Position numbers and translations under genes: made by a program
DNA from: the human T2T-CHM13v2.0 reference genome, Homo sapiens
DNA: 64,000 nucleotides
NCBI RefSeq assembly: GCF_009914755.1
Contig: NC_060945.1
Strand: one strand, 5' to 3'
Notes under the pieces: model-generated
Databases searched by the model: none
What the model saw: the letters and a program-made list of their open reading frames with translations, nothing else
Told to the model about the DNA's origin: nothing
Shown here: piece after piece, positions 1 to 13,465 of the stretch
Layout: every line of letters starts with the position of its first letter
How positions within the stretch are numbered: position 1 is the first letter of the stretch

Positions 1-736
1 ACTAAGTCCAGCCACATTCAAGAGGAAGAGATTATACATGTGTGTGAATATTATAGGGGCCCTTCTCAGAGGCAGCCCACCGTGACAGACAAGTCAAGCA
101 GTGCTCTGGGAGGATTGGAGGCCTCCCTCTACCCCATCCCAGCAGGAAAAACTCACGCTCCCTATAAGAAGCCTGTCCATGGGTGAAATGACAGAGGATG
201 GGATACACAGCACATGCTGTGTCATACCCATCAATTGCATAAATAAATCCTGAATGAGGGAGGAAGTGGTGGAGAGAGGCTTAGGCTAAAAAAGTTGGGG
301 GAAGGGAGAAGAGGGAAGGAGCAGATCTTTTCAAATCGAAAGGAGCATTAGTAGTAAGTAATGAGAACCCGCTAATTCTCACAATACCCTGTTTATATTA
401 TGATACTCAATTTACATATAAAGAACTTGAAGCTTATAGAGCTTGAGTAACCCAAGGTCACATAGATACTATGTAATGGAGCTAGAATCTATAAATATCC
501 AATTTCTGAAAAAGTGCCATATTCTGTGTAATAATTATACGTCCCATACTCAGAATCTGTTGGAAGCAGCTATCTGATGAAGACATTTATACTTGCCCAT
601 GAAAATATCCCATTTCAGGAATGATGCTGCCCCATTCTCTCTGTGTCCTTAGATGTCCCCTAAATCTAAAGTTTTATGAAACAATGGCTTGGCCAGGAAA
701 CAAAATACACACCTGGCTTAGAAGTGAGCAGTTGCT

Positions 737-944
737 CACAGGAAGGGGAACATCACACTCCGGGAACTGTTGTGGGGTAGGGGGAGGGGGGAGGGATAGC
801 ATTAGGAGATATACCTAATGCTAAATGACAAGTTAATGGGTGCCGCACACCAGCATGGCACATATATACATATGTAGCTAACCTGCACATTGTGCACATG
901 TACCCTAAAACTTAAAGTATAATAATAAAAAAAAAAAAAAAGAA
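737..944 (+). mobile_element. L1PA3-like 5'-truncated LINE-1 (3' UTR end + polyA)
   Basis: L1 3'UTR with G-rich tract and GCATTAGGAGATATACCTAATGCTAAATGAC; polyA; TSD AGAAGTGAGCAGT (720-732) / AGAAATGAGCAGT (945-957). Confidence 0.92.
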
Positions 945-2165
945 AGAAATGAGCAGTCCCTTCATGACATAGGGCTAGAGAGAAAAGAGAAGTGAGCAGT
1001 CCCTGGAGCCACCTGCAAGCTGTCTGGGAACTCTGCAGAGCACCCTAGGACTGCACAGCCTGTGCCTGCAGCCATGAACCTTGCCAGTAGCTGGTAGCCC
1101 ACACAGAGGTGGTGACATGCAAGGCAACTTGTCCAGAGTCCCTGGGTGGTACGTGTCACTCCTAGAAACCTAGCAGGTCGGAAAAGCGTTGCTTTGAACT
1201 TGAGACAAGATACTTGCTTTCATCAGCCACCCAGCCTCTCCTGCCGTTTTGTTCTAGGACGCAGGCTAAATCACAGATGGTGACACTTGGCTTCCTGCTG
1301 CCTTTGAGGTACAGGGCTGGACAATGGCTATTTCTAGCCCTACATGCTGCATAGAAGTAGAATGCCCAGGGACTATCGTCTCTTCAAGATTTCATGTCCT
1401 GTGTTAAAGAGAATGGGAAAAATATTTACTTGAATTGCTGTATAGTTCTATGTGTGCTGTCACAGTTAGTGTTCTTTATTAAATGGTATTTCAGTGCCAC
1501 TGTGTGCCAGGCACTGTGATGTGTGCTGAGGGTAACTGATGAATAAAGCAGAAGCACACATGGTCTAGTGTGAATTCCCAAAGATAATACAGCATGTGCT
1601 GGCATCAAGGGATGTCCCAGGTCACATAGCATCTCCTAGGATGGACTGCATATGTGAAGGGGATTCACAAAGGCAGAATACTGTGGGTTGTGGACATCAC
1701 TATCAATTTCCCTCTCTGGGACGCAGTTCACTAAGATACTCTTCCCTCGCCCAGAAAAAAAGAAGGCTGTAGGCAGGAGGAGTGGATGTAAGCATGAAAG
1801 GGACTGGCAGGGGGGCCACAGGTAGGGATGAAGGAACTTGTGTAAATAATGTTTCCCAAGGAGACGACAGAAAGGATCACCAGCATATATCCAGTATGTG
1901 CACCCAAATCATCTGAGATTCTCCACTGCTCAGAGGGAAAGACTCTGTCTGAACAAGAAAAACCTTGATTTCTGCTGAGTCTCAGACCTGACCATTATTC
2001 CCTTCTCCCAGATGTCTTTCAAAATCCTCTGTCTGCCTCTAGATAAAATTTTGCTTGTCGGTAATACCCGGGTACCTCCAGAATAAGGACTGTGCAATAT
2101 TGAAGCTTCACTGGGGTCAACTTGTGCTCTACTCATCACGTCTCCCAAACAAAAACATTAAGAAT

Positions 2166-2499
<334 letters not shown>

Positions 2500-2895
2500 T
2501 TACATGAATTGTGTGGTCTTCCATTTCCCTGTTTGTAGCAGAATTCCTCTTAGATAACATTGGCTTTTTTTCTCAGCTAAGCATCCACAACAGTCTCCAG
2601 CTGAAAATCCCATCATGTACCCTAAACATCCAATAACTGCCTCTTCCTGGGACATACACGCAGGTCTCATGATAAAGGAACCAGTGATGCACTTGTGGAC
2701 CTCTCTACAGTTGAACCTGAACATGTATTTCCTCCACCCACACCTTACATTTTGCTCTTCCTTTTCTCTCTGGGTCACCAATGTTTTGACTTAAGTTGCC
2801 TACCCACTCCCCCCAACCCCATTTTTCTCACACACAGGAGTTTTGCCCCATGTAACCTTTTGGTAGCCTGATTGCCACCCTTTGCAAGCCACTGG

Positions 2896-3007
2896 TTTTT
2901 TTTTTTTAATAATAGTTTAAGTTCTAGGGTACATGGGCACAATGTGCAGGTTTGTTACATATGTATACATGTGCCATGTTGGTGTGCTGCACCCATTAAC
3001 TCGTCAC
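2896..3007 (-). mobile_element. L1PA4/5-like extreme 3' end
   Basis: polyT followed by TTTAAGTTCTAGGGTACATG...CCCATTAACTCGTCA, the reverse complement of the L1PA 3' terminus. Confidence 0.88.
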
Positions 3008-3984
3008 TGTTTAGTCTTCCTCTGCGACAGCCTCTCCCCACCCCCTTCCCAGCAACGGCAGCGCTATTGCTGATCCTTTTTCCCCTTCACACTAATCTTC
3101 CAGCAATCTCCATCCACAGATGTCTGTTCTATCATTTTTTGGTTCATTTAGGGATGGAGAAAAGCCATTATCATCTTTCCTGAGAGAGGGTATTAACATC
3201 GGATGCCATTGCAGACCTCCTATTACTGAAATACTATAGCAATCAAACCTTCTAAGTCCAAGATCCCTAATATCCGTATCAGGAGTTCAAAATGAAACTG
3301 AGCCACTCACATTTGCTTCACACACCTGCCTGATTATCTTAGGAATATAAAGTAGACAGTAGCCCCCCGAAGAAGAAATCCAAGTTTGCAAACAGGCTGA
3401 GTTCATTGAAAACAGTTTAGACTCCACACAGAGACACACTGCATATATTTATAAATATACGTTTTAAACTCTGACAGCATGAGTACACCACTGAAATGTT
3501 TTCATCTTTGTTTTTTATATCTGTTGTCTGCCACGGCATGTCTGCTTTCAACTATAATCAGAAATTTGGCAAGACAATTTTTTTAATATTTTATTTATAA
3601 TTTGCAATCATATTTATAATGGTGAAAAGGTGAGTTGGTAAAATAATTTACCCTGAGCTCCTGATCATAGAAAGAAGTTTATATAATGAATTGTTTTTAC
3701 ATGAAGTGTAAAACAATTATAAATGAATTGTTTTTACATGAAGTGAAGGTGCAGTGAGGAACTTTGATATGGCCCATGGAATAATCCTGATTGAACCCAT
3801 GCCAGAGCTTTGATCAGCTCTGTGACGGTGTGCTGCCTAAGTACCTCATTGAAATGGGTGGGTCTCATCATGAGTCAACAAAAGCTTTCTATCTGAAGAA
3901 TCATCAGTTCCAACCTTTCTAAATGTGGCAGTGTGCACGCTCAGCATTAAGACAAGTTTGGTGTCTGCTTATAAAGACAGACTT

Positions 3985-5296
3985 TATATCAATGAGATAT
4001 TGCTCTGTAACAAACCAACCCAAAGCTTAATGGCCCAAACAACAATCACTTGCATAACTCATGGTTCTGGAGGTCAGCAAGTCAGAGTAGGATAAACTGT
4101 GTGGTTCTATACTCGGCTGAACTCCCTCAGGCATCTGTGATCAACTGTGGGTTGGTCAGGTGGCCCTGCTTCTGGAAGTTGGCCAGCTTCAGTGGGGGCT
4201 CCTCGGCACTGCTTCATTGATCTCTCATTCCCCAGAAGGCTAGTCTGGGCATGGCTTCTTGATCTTGCCAAGGTTCCAAGAGAGAGAATAGAAGTGTATG
4301 AGGTCTTTTGGGGCTATGTTGGTTTTCTGTTGCTGCATAACAATTTCTACAAACTTAGCACCTTAACACAACACTCATTTACTAGCTCATAGTTCTGTAA
4401 CTCAGAAGTCTAGTACAATAGGACTGGGTTCTCTACCCTGGGTATCATAAGGCTGAAATTGTGGTGTCACCTGGGCTAAGTTTTTAGCTGGAGGCTCTGG
4501 GGGTGAAAATCTGCTTCCAATCCCATTCTTGGTGTCAGCAGAATTCAGTTACTTGTGGTTGTAGGACTGAGGTCCCTGATTCCTTGCAGGCTGTTAGTGA
4601 GAGGCCACTTTCAGCCACTAAAGATGACCCACATTCCTTATCACAAAGCTCCCTCCATCTCCAAGACAGTCAGGGTATGTCAAGTTCTTCCCTACCATAT
4701 ATAAAATTTGAGCAGCTGGGGAGATTTAAAAGAGGCTTCCCATAAACTCAGAAGTAAAAAGAGACAAGGGTCCCAGTAAATACAAAACGACTGGGGTTGG
4801 GGAGGCGGATTTTCTGTCCTCAGTGACGTTTTGTTGGTTGATTGGTTTCAGACCTTGGACTGCCTCTGTCTCTGACCACTAGACTCAGATTTAAAGAACT
4901 CATGTGATGAGGTCAGGTCTACCCAGATAACCTCCCTATCTTATGCTCAACGGATTTGGAAAGTTGGTTATATCTGCAAAATCTCTTTTGCTATATAACA
5001 TAACATAATGACAAGAGTAATAGCTCATCATATTCACAAGTGCCAACCACAGTGAAGGCAAGGAGATTACACAAGAGTAAGGGTCATGGTGGAATTCAGC
5101 CTCCTGCGGAAGCCTGGGCTTGACCGGCTCATTGGCCCTTCTACCCCATACTAAAAACTAAAGCAGATCAGCCCAAATTTAAATGGTGGGAAAACAGATT
5201 CTACCTTTTGATGGAAGGAGCTACAAGGGCACATTACAAGGAGGGTAGACACAAGGAAGGGGTATAGATCGACACCAGATTTTGCAATCTACTACA
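3985..5296 (-). mobile_element. Old MLT1 (J/K-like) MaLR LTR interrupted by a second MLT1 LTR
   Basis: MLT1-type TGTAACAAACCAACCCAAAGCTTAATGGC start; resumes ~5105 and ends TTTGCAATCTACTACA; subfamily uncertain. Confidence 0.6.
4315..5104 (-). mobile_element. MLT1E/F/G-like MaLR LTR, nested, carrying a templated insertion at ~4695-4846
   Basis: TTGCTGCATAACAA...AAACTTAGC; GTTGTAGGACTGAGGTCCC; ATCTGCAAAATCTCTTTTGC...GAATTCAGCCT. Confidence 0.7.
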
Positions 5297-5641
5297 GACA
5301 GGATATATGAGACTTAAAAAATCCAGGCAGCTCAATGCCTTATGATAGCTCTTGCTGCAACAAGGTGGCCTGCAGAGAGAGCCCACTTCTAGTTATTAGG
5401 ATGAGAATATGGAAGGACAAGCAAGAAATGTCAGGCCCACACTGTCCGTGAAGTAGGATAACCCACCTCTATTTCCTAGCTGCTCCACCTCACAAAGCCT
5501 AGCTATCTTTGCCTCCTGCTCCTTCATTAGTGCAATGGAACAGCAAATCAGGATACTTTCACAGTTCTCTTAAGTGAGCCTAGAAGTGGGGAGCTGCTTG
5601 TTCACAAACTTGAAGCCTGAATATGTTAATATTCTTTCAGT

Positions 5642-5975
5642 GGCCGGACGCGGTGGCTCATGCCTGTAATCCCAACACTTTGGGAGGCCGAGGTAGGCAG
5701 ATCAACCTGAAGTCAGGAGTTCGAGGCCAGCCTGGCCAACATGGTGAAACCCCACCTGTTGGTCTGTACTAAAAATAGAAAAATTAGCTGGGCATGGTGG
5801 CGCATGCCTGTAATCCCAGCTACTCAGGAGGCTGTGGCAGAAGAATCGCCTGCACCTGGGAGGCAGAGGTTGCTTTGAGTTGATATCGTGTCACTGCACT
5901 CCAGCCTGGGCAACAGAGTGAGATCCTTTCAGAAACCTGCTGTCTGTATTTGGATACAATTAAAAAAAAAAAAAA
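5642..5975 (+). mobile_element. AluSx-like with atypical 3' end
   Basis: Alu dimer from GGCCGGACGCGGTGGCTCA; 8-nt insertion at 5754; ~35 non-Alu nt before the A-tract at 5962-5975. Confidence 0.9.
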
Positions 5976-6268
5976 GATGAGACAGGCAGGTGCGAAAGAA
6001 ATAAAAGTCACAACTGATCCAGTTGGGAAACTCAGAATTGACAGTTACGTGTCCTTTCATTTATTGATATTTTGAGATTCACAGGGGTTTAAACTTTATT
6101 CTTCCAAGACTGAATAGTTCCCACCTCCCTTCCATATATAAAATTTGAGTAGCTGGGGAGATTTAAAAGAGGCTCCCCATAAACTCAGAAGTTAAAAGAG
6201 ACAAGGGTCCCAGTAAATACAAAATGATTGGGGTTGAGGAGGCAGATTTTCTGTCCTCAGTGAAGTTT

Positions 6269-6638
<370 letters not shown>

Positions 6639-8780
6639 TAGAGGCAGAGCCAGAGAAAACGAGACTTCAAAAATCTGCCTTTTTTTCTTTAGAAGTGTTG
6701 AAATCATGGCCTACTTGTGTTTTAATGGGTTTTCAGAGCTTAATTAGTCCATAGACTGTTAAAAAAAAAAAGAAGAAGAAAAGATGAGCTGCTCTATGAT
6801 TCCCCAGCTGCCTTAGAAATGTGCACCAAGCTTACGATGAAAATTTGTAAGGAACATATATTTATTTTAAGGATTCTCAAGAGCTCTGGAGAACTGTGCC
6901 TTTCTCTACATACATCACTTCACTGCTCTCATATCTCAGTTAAGTGAGCTAAATTCACCAAGCCCTGCTTAACTTCACAAGCCAGGTCTGCCAGAACTCT
7001 GGGAGGTGTCCATTGCTGATTGGCAGCTAGCCAGTAATATACACAAAGAATGCAAGGATGAGAGGATGACCTACGAAGTAAAGAATCATGTTCAGGGAGA
7101 AACACAGGAAGGGGCAGGTTGGGAGCAAACACTGAAAAGCCAATTGCACTGTGTTTTCATTTGTTTGGAGAGGGCATTATGGGAGGGCTGGAGGATTGTT
7201 TCTTAGCTTCTTCCAACAACAGTTAGATAATTGCTGCAAGTGGAGAGCTCAGAATAGCAACAATTTGCCGACACATGAGGGCCCCTCTTTACATGTTCAT
7301 CTTTTTGGTCACCTTCCACTTATGTATGTGTTATTGAAGTAGCAATGGACACTTTGAACTTTCTTTCTCAGAAAGCTATTAGCTTAGCTGGTGTTCTGTA
7401 TTATTTCCACATTTAAGCAATAAAGCAGTGTTTCTTTGTAAAAATCTGACTTTTTTCAGTTAAGTTTGTTGCCAGATCTCCCAAAAAGACAGCTGAAGTC
7501 TATTACATATGTTGATCGCTATTATTGGGAGAAGGTGTTGGCAACCTTTTGAGTGGGCTGTGATGTTGCCAATGTGTTTTTCCAACAAGGTAAGGATGAG
7601 ACAAGATAAAGGGCAAGGAAGGGGGAAAGGGTGCTGATGTGGACACAGAGAACGTCTCCCTCTTGCTGTCCTCCCTCTGCTTTCCATCAAGGTCAAGTGT
7701 CTCTTGTAAACACCGGCAGGGACAGTTCAATCTGCCCATCTCTGACACTTGGGTCTCCCTTTCTGTGACCCGGGAAACAGTCCCACGGAGAAGCCAGGAC
7801 CCTGGGCCTTCTCCCTGGGGGCTCTTTATGCAGGTCACTGCCCCACTCCCTGAACTCCGAAACAACAGAGCTTACGTCCTAGGAAAACCTCCCAGAGATG
7901 GCTCTAGTCCCCAACATTTTTGCAATTGCAACATTTCTTATCCTATAATAATACAAAAACTTCCACATTTAAATGCATTCATTCAACAGAGGCCAACTTC
8001 AGCACATGCACTTCTGGGGCACTTGTGTTTACAATGGGGACAAAACAAGACAGTTGGTGTCCGTGGGCAGCTTAATCCTAGTCATTTTAATGCATTTTGC
8101 TTTCAATTAGCTTTCTCTGAATAATTCTATGACCACATTGAAATTGTGAGTGACATCCTGAAATATACCTACACTGGATCGTAAACCACAGTGAAAAAAA
8201 TATATAAATATCGCCCTTTCCAGAAGCTCATGTGTACTTAAAATGAAACCAAAAAAACCTAAATTAGGTATTCACAGATACCCTTTTGAGAAATTCGCGA
8301 GAGCAGCAAAAGTACATTGACATGCGTATTTCTGACCCCATTTGATGACCTGAAACATTTCCTCCCTCTTCATTTTCTATTGCTGAACCACAGTATTTTC
8401 CTGTTTGGCACAGATCAAGAACACAGGTCTTTCTCTTTTTTCGTTTTTCCCACTGAGGCTATGAAATTGGCCATTCAGTTATTATAGTAAGGATTAGTAA
8501 GGACATTTCAAACACAACTAATTAAAGAAGTGTTTTCTGAAATTAAGATATTTTTGTTTAATTACATTAGAAGGAACTAAATATAATATGGTATAGATAA
8601 AAATAGACAGAATTACTCAGAACTGAGGGAAAAAATAAGTAGTGAGAAAATGTTAATAAGATCTGAATGCCATCTTCGTGGCATTTTTCCCTAAACTTCA
8701 TCAGTTGGGAGAAAACTAAATCTTCAATATTAAAAACAAGTCTTATGAGCAAAAATTACTGTCCGGTCACCCTCCAGAGC

Positions 8781-8987
8781 AGGGTGCTGTCTAAACAGAA
8801 CTTTCTGTGATGATGGAAATGTTCTCTATCTGTACTGTCCCTATAGCCATTAGCCCTAGGTGCCTATTCAAATTTAAATTAACTAAAATTCAATAAAATT
8901 AACAATTCTGTTTTTCAGCGACAGTAGCCACATTTTAAGTGCTCAAAAGCAACACATGGCCAGTGTCTACCATATTGGACAGCACAG
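8781..8987. mobile_element. MER3/MER33-type hAT-Charlie non-autonomous DNA transposon
   Basis: AGAACTTTCTGTGATGATGGAAATGTTCT ... ATATTGGACAGCACAG; flanks resemble the hAT NTCTAGAN target. Confidence 0.75.
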
Positions 8988-10551
8988 TTCTAGAAGCCAG
9001 GAAAGAAGGTTAAATACACAGTGAAAATACACACCCAAGGTTTTCCAAACATAAGTAGAAATGGGAAATTTTTCCCGAAAGACCTCTATGGAGCATGAGA
9101 AGAAAGGTCTACTTTGTATCATCTGGAGGATTTTTTCCTCTTTCCATCAAGTTTCAGCCAATAATTAAAACAAGTTAGCAATATTTTTCATCCCAACACC
9201 TTGTGTAAATTCTTGTCTTCCCCCAAAGAGTTCCCTTGATATGCGTTTTACACACCGTCTATAGAAAAAGCACTTTCCAAACACCCAGTGTATGTTTTTC
9301 ATGTAAATTCACTTTTCTGATCCTTTTAGTATATTTATAATGGAAATTCTCTCTACTTAAAGCCTATCTATATCTTAGCAACCACAGTTTCCAAAGCTAT
9401 TCCATGAAGCAGGTTTCTCTATTTACTTTTGTCTATTTGTGTAGCCCAGACCACGCAATAAGATTTTCAAACTGGCCAAAACACATGAACATAGACAAAG
9501 TCCTTTATTGTGTGGGTAACCCTTTGGAATGTCTTATTCCCTATGAGAGCTGACATAAAGCAGGAATTCAAATGACAGTGGGTCAAAACCTGAGGGCCAA
9601 CTGCAGATTTCAGCCTACTTTACAGTCCGTTGGCTATCATAGCTTCCATATGGGCAATAGTGATTGTTTATGAATTAATCCATGCAAAATATATCAAATC
9701 TAGTTGGAGAGGATTTTTGTGGGAGAGAAAAGGTACCCTTCCTTCACCAGCCTCGGCTTCATGCTAAAGTATTTCACAACTACAGTGTTTTCATAAGCTT
9801 AGAATTCAAATGAGGCCAAAAACTATCAAAAGCAACCTGCTATCTTTACCTGACCCAGAAGTTTACAAGATTGAATTCCTAGAAATTATTGGCTTTATTC
9901 TTCTGGAGTCTGCTCAAGTCTAGATAGGCAAGAAAGAACCTAACAGATCAATGCCTCTTAAGGGAATTGATCCCTTCTGCCCAACTTCCTGGGCAGAGTG
10001 GCCTTGAGTGAACCATATTCAGAATTAGCTCCTGTGGAACCTGACTATGGATAAGTATGTTAATAAATACATTACATTTTTGAAAATTATGTAATGCATT
10101 TTTTTGGACACAGGGCACTGTTCATAACTGTATATATGCTTTACCTCTAATACAATTACTACTATAATTTACTTCCTAAGTTGGTTTCTGTTTGGTTAAT
10201 ATACACATGTGTTAGCTCCAAGATAACTGAAGAGCATTTTCATGCTCACCAAGCCAGCTCCAAACCAAGCACAATCCCAAATCTGAACTCTTATTCCTAA
10301 AGTCAAATCAAATCAGATGGGTCCCATGGGAAGAAATGAGATATGTCCAGGCCAACATCATGATTAGACCCATCTCCAATGTCACACTCACAAGTCAGTT
10401 TCCTAACCCACTCAACCCAACATTTTACCTCCAAAAAAGATGACACAAGATCATGCTTGAAACATATGGGGAAAGCATAAGCATGAAGTTTTAAAAGGCA
10501 GGAGAGAGAAAATGTGTGTATTAGGCATTCAAACCTACTACAGAAAGAGGT

Positions 10552-11150
10552 TTCTTTTTTTAACTTTTATTTTAAGATTTTAAGTTCAGGGATATATGTG
10601 CAGGTTTGTTACATAGGTAAACTTGTGTCATGGGGGTTTGTTGTACAGATTATTTCATCACCCAGGTTATTAAGCCTAGTACCCATTGGTTATTTTTCCT
10701 GATCCTCTCCCTCCTGCCACCCACAACCCTCCACTAGGCCCCAGCGGGTGTTGTTCCCCTCTATGTGTCTCTGCGTTCTCATCATTTAGCTCCCACTTAT
10801 AAGTGAGAACATGTGGTATTTGGTTTTCTGTTCCTGTGTTAGTTTGCTAAGGATACTAAGGCCTCTAGCTTCGTCCATGTCCCTGCAAAGGACATGATCT
10901 CATTCCTTTTTACGGCAGCATAGTATTCCATGGTGTATATGTACCACATTTTCTATATCCAGTCTATCATTGATGGGCATTTAGGTTGACTCCATGTCTT
11001 TGCTATTGTAAATAGTGCTGCAGTGAACACATGTGTGCCTGTGTCTGTATAATAGAATGATATATATTTCTTCCTTTGGGTATATACCTAGTAATGGGAT
11101 TGCTGGGTCAAATGGTATTTCTGTCTTTAGGTCTTTGAGGAATCACCACA
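10552..11150 (-). mobile_element. Older L1PA (about PA11-PA15) 3' end
   Basis: Reverse-complement L1 3'UTR and ORF2 C-terminus (CCCACTTATAAGTGAGAACATG; TAGTATTCCATGGTGTAT). Confidence 0.9.
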
Positions 11151-11192
11151 AGAGAGAGCCTTCTTTACAGGGAAAGCAAGCCTGGGTTTGAG

Positions 11193-11414
11193 GAGGTGAC
11201 GGCAAACTATCGCTCAGGACCAAATCTGCCACCTGTTTTTGTAAATAAAGTATTGTTGGAACACAGCCATGCCTGTTTGTATATGTATTGTCTATGGCTG
11301 CTTTCAGGGTAAAATGGCAGCTTTGAGTAGCTTGGACAGAGACCGTGTAGCCCATAAAGCTGACAATATTTACTATCTGGATGGATCTGTACAGAAGAAG
11401 TTTGCTGGCCCCTG
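11193..11414 (+). mobile_element. MER58A hAT-Charlie
   Basis: GGCAAACT...CCTGTTTTTGTAAATAAAG...TTTGCTGGCCCCTG matches the MER58A consensus end to end. Confidence 0.85.
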
Positions 11415-12490
11415 GTTTAGAGTTTTACATTTGCTGAAAACAGTAATTATTGAACAGTTTCTTTACGTTTGCCACAGAGCACCATTTGTGCCTCGGTCTT
11501 AAAGCAACCCTACATCTCATCACTTTGCTGCCATAAGTTCTGAGAACAATTATTTCTTTGTTAACATTTGGTAAACTTATCTCTAGGGACATAAAAGAAG
11601 GTTGGGAACATCTCTGAGGTTTAATTTCAAAACACGTTGAGTTTAACATGGGGATTCACCAAGTGCTGGTAGCTAGAATAATGATGCACTTATCCAAAGA
11701 CTTTTCAAGGGGAGGTTACTGACTAGTGCTTTGTAGTACAGGCCATGAGAGTAAACATGAAAAAAATGGGCATAATTCCTTTTCCAAGTTTTAATCATAA
11801 ATGATCATTTTTTTAAAGATTCCAATAACTTGCCCACTAAGAAAAAAAAAAGGAAAAAAAATGGGGGAGGGAGATAACGACACAGTGGTTTTGTTCTAAA
11901 ACAGTCATGTGCAATGTCATGGTGCCATCTACAGTATTTCAATATTTTCACCCAAACACCAGAATTTGAAGAAGCCCTATAGACACATATCTATTTATTG
12001 AGGGAGAAACGTTTTTCTAGCACAACAGTATAAGAAGGCTTTAGGCTAAAATTTTCTCTGTGGTCACGGTCTTCTGTCTTCTTCTCCTATGAACCATTTT
12101 TAAGTTTATTCCGTTTCCTGACAACTTCTTAGTTCCCATTGTGATAGTAAATATTAAAATTAATGAATGCGCTGTACCTGGTAGGAGTGCAATGAAACTG
12201 TTCAAAAATGTTGGGATTTAGTATCTGCTCACGTTCACACAAACACAGTCACTATTGTCAAATGCGCTGCAGTGGTGGAGTGTAGCAACAGGAGGGATGA
12301 GACCCAAAGGTCTGAAAAGCCAGTATTTTAAGAAGTCTTGGAAAATGTGGAGGTTGAAAAATCTAACAGGAGTGCTTGCTTCAGCAGCAATTTAGAGTAG
12401 ATTAGCATGGCCTCTGCGCCAGGATGACATGCACATTCCTAAAAGTGTTCCGTGTTTTAAAAAAAAGAGAGAGACAGAATCTAAGGGGAT

Positions 12491-12610
12491 GTGTACATTT
12501 GCTAGAGCTACTATAACAAAGTACCAGAGGCAGGGTCACTTCAACAACAGAAATTTATTTCTCACAGTTCTGGAGGCTAGACGTCCAAGATTAAGGTGTT
12601 GACTGGGTTG
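12491..12610 (-). mobile_element. MLT1A/B-type LTR fragment
   Basis: ATAACAAAGTACCA...AACAACAGAAATTTATTTCTCACAGTTCTGGAGGCTAG. Confidence 0.75.
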
Positions 12611-12711
12611 AATTCAGCCCATAACAGGAAATAAGGAGTTAAATAAAGCACTTGCTTCTATTGTTTGTACCTAAACTTAACAGAACACAGTAAGTAACAA
12701 GTCATTGGGAT

Positions 12712-12792
12712 GCAGAAAAGAAAAAAGAGAGTGAAGGAAGGAGAGAAGGTGAAGGGAGAATGGAAGAGAGGAAGGGAGGGAGGAAAGAAAAG
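12712..12792 (+). repeat. GA-rich polypurine low-complexity tract
   Basis: About 80 bp of almost pure G/A. Confidence 0.8.
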
Positions 12793-13057
12793 TTTGATGA
12801 ATGATTGCAGTCTAAACTGGTTCAAACAAGAGATCTTGTTTAATTAAGGAATTCATCCCATCTCTGCCTATTAGGAGGAGGAAAAAGTCTAAAATAGAAG
12901 ATGGTGAAAGTTGGATGACCCCAGGCATTAAGGCCATTCATCTTTAACTGTTATGCTTGGATCATGCAAATGTGTCTGGTAGCTACAAGGGTTGCTGTGG
13001 GTACTGAATGTTTTATTGTTCTGAGACTATCAAAGAAAATAGCCATGGGACATATAG

Positions 13058-13465
13058 ACCACAGAATACTATACAGCCATGAAAAAGAACAAGATTGCAT
13101 CCTTTACAGAAACGTGGATGGAACTGGAGGCTGTTATCCTCAGCAAACTAACACAGAAAACCAAATGCCACATGTTCTCACTAATAAGTGGGAGCTAAAT
13201 AATGAGAATTCATGGACAGAAAGAGGGAAATAGCAGATACTGAGGCCTACTTGAGGGTGGGGGCTGGGAAGAGGGAGAGGTTCAGAAGAGAAAAAACTAT
13301 CTGATACTATGCTTAGTACCTGGGTAATTAAATACTCTGTACACCAAACCCCTGAGTCATGAGTTTACCTATATAACAAACCTGCACATGTACTCCTGAA
13401 CCTAAAATAAACATTAAAATATTTTACAAAAATAAAATAAATTAACAATTAAAAAAAGAAAAAAA
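13058..13465 (+). mobile_element. L1PA15/16-like 3' end
   Basis: GAATACTATACAGCCAT...ATAAGTGGGAGCTAAAT...AACCTGCACATGTAC...A-rich tail. Confidence 0.85.

Noticed and set aside
7639-8124. Longest ORF (161 aa)
   Set aside because: GTG start, no recognisable domain or coding-like composition; length compatible with chance.
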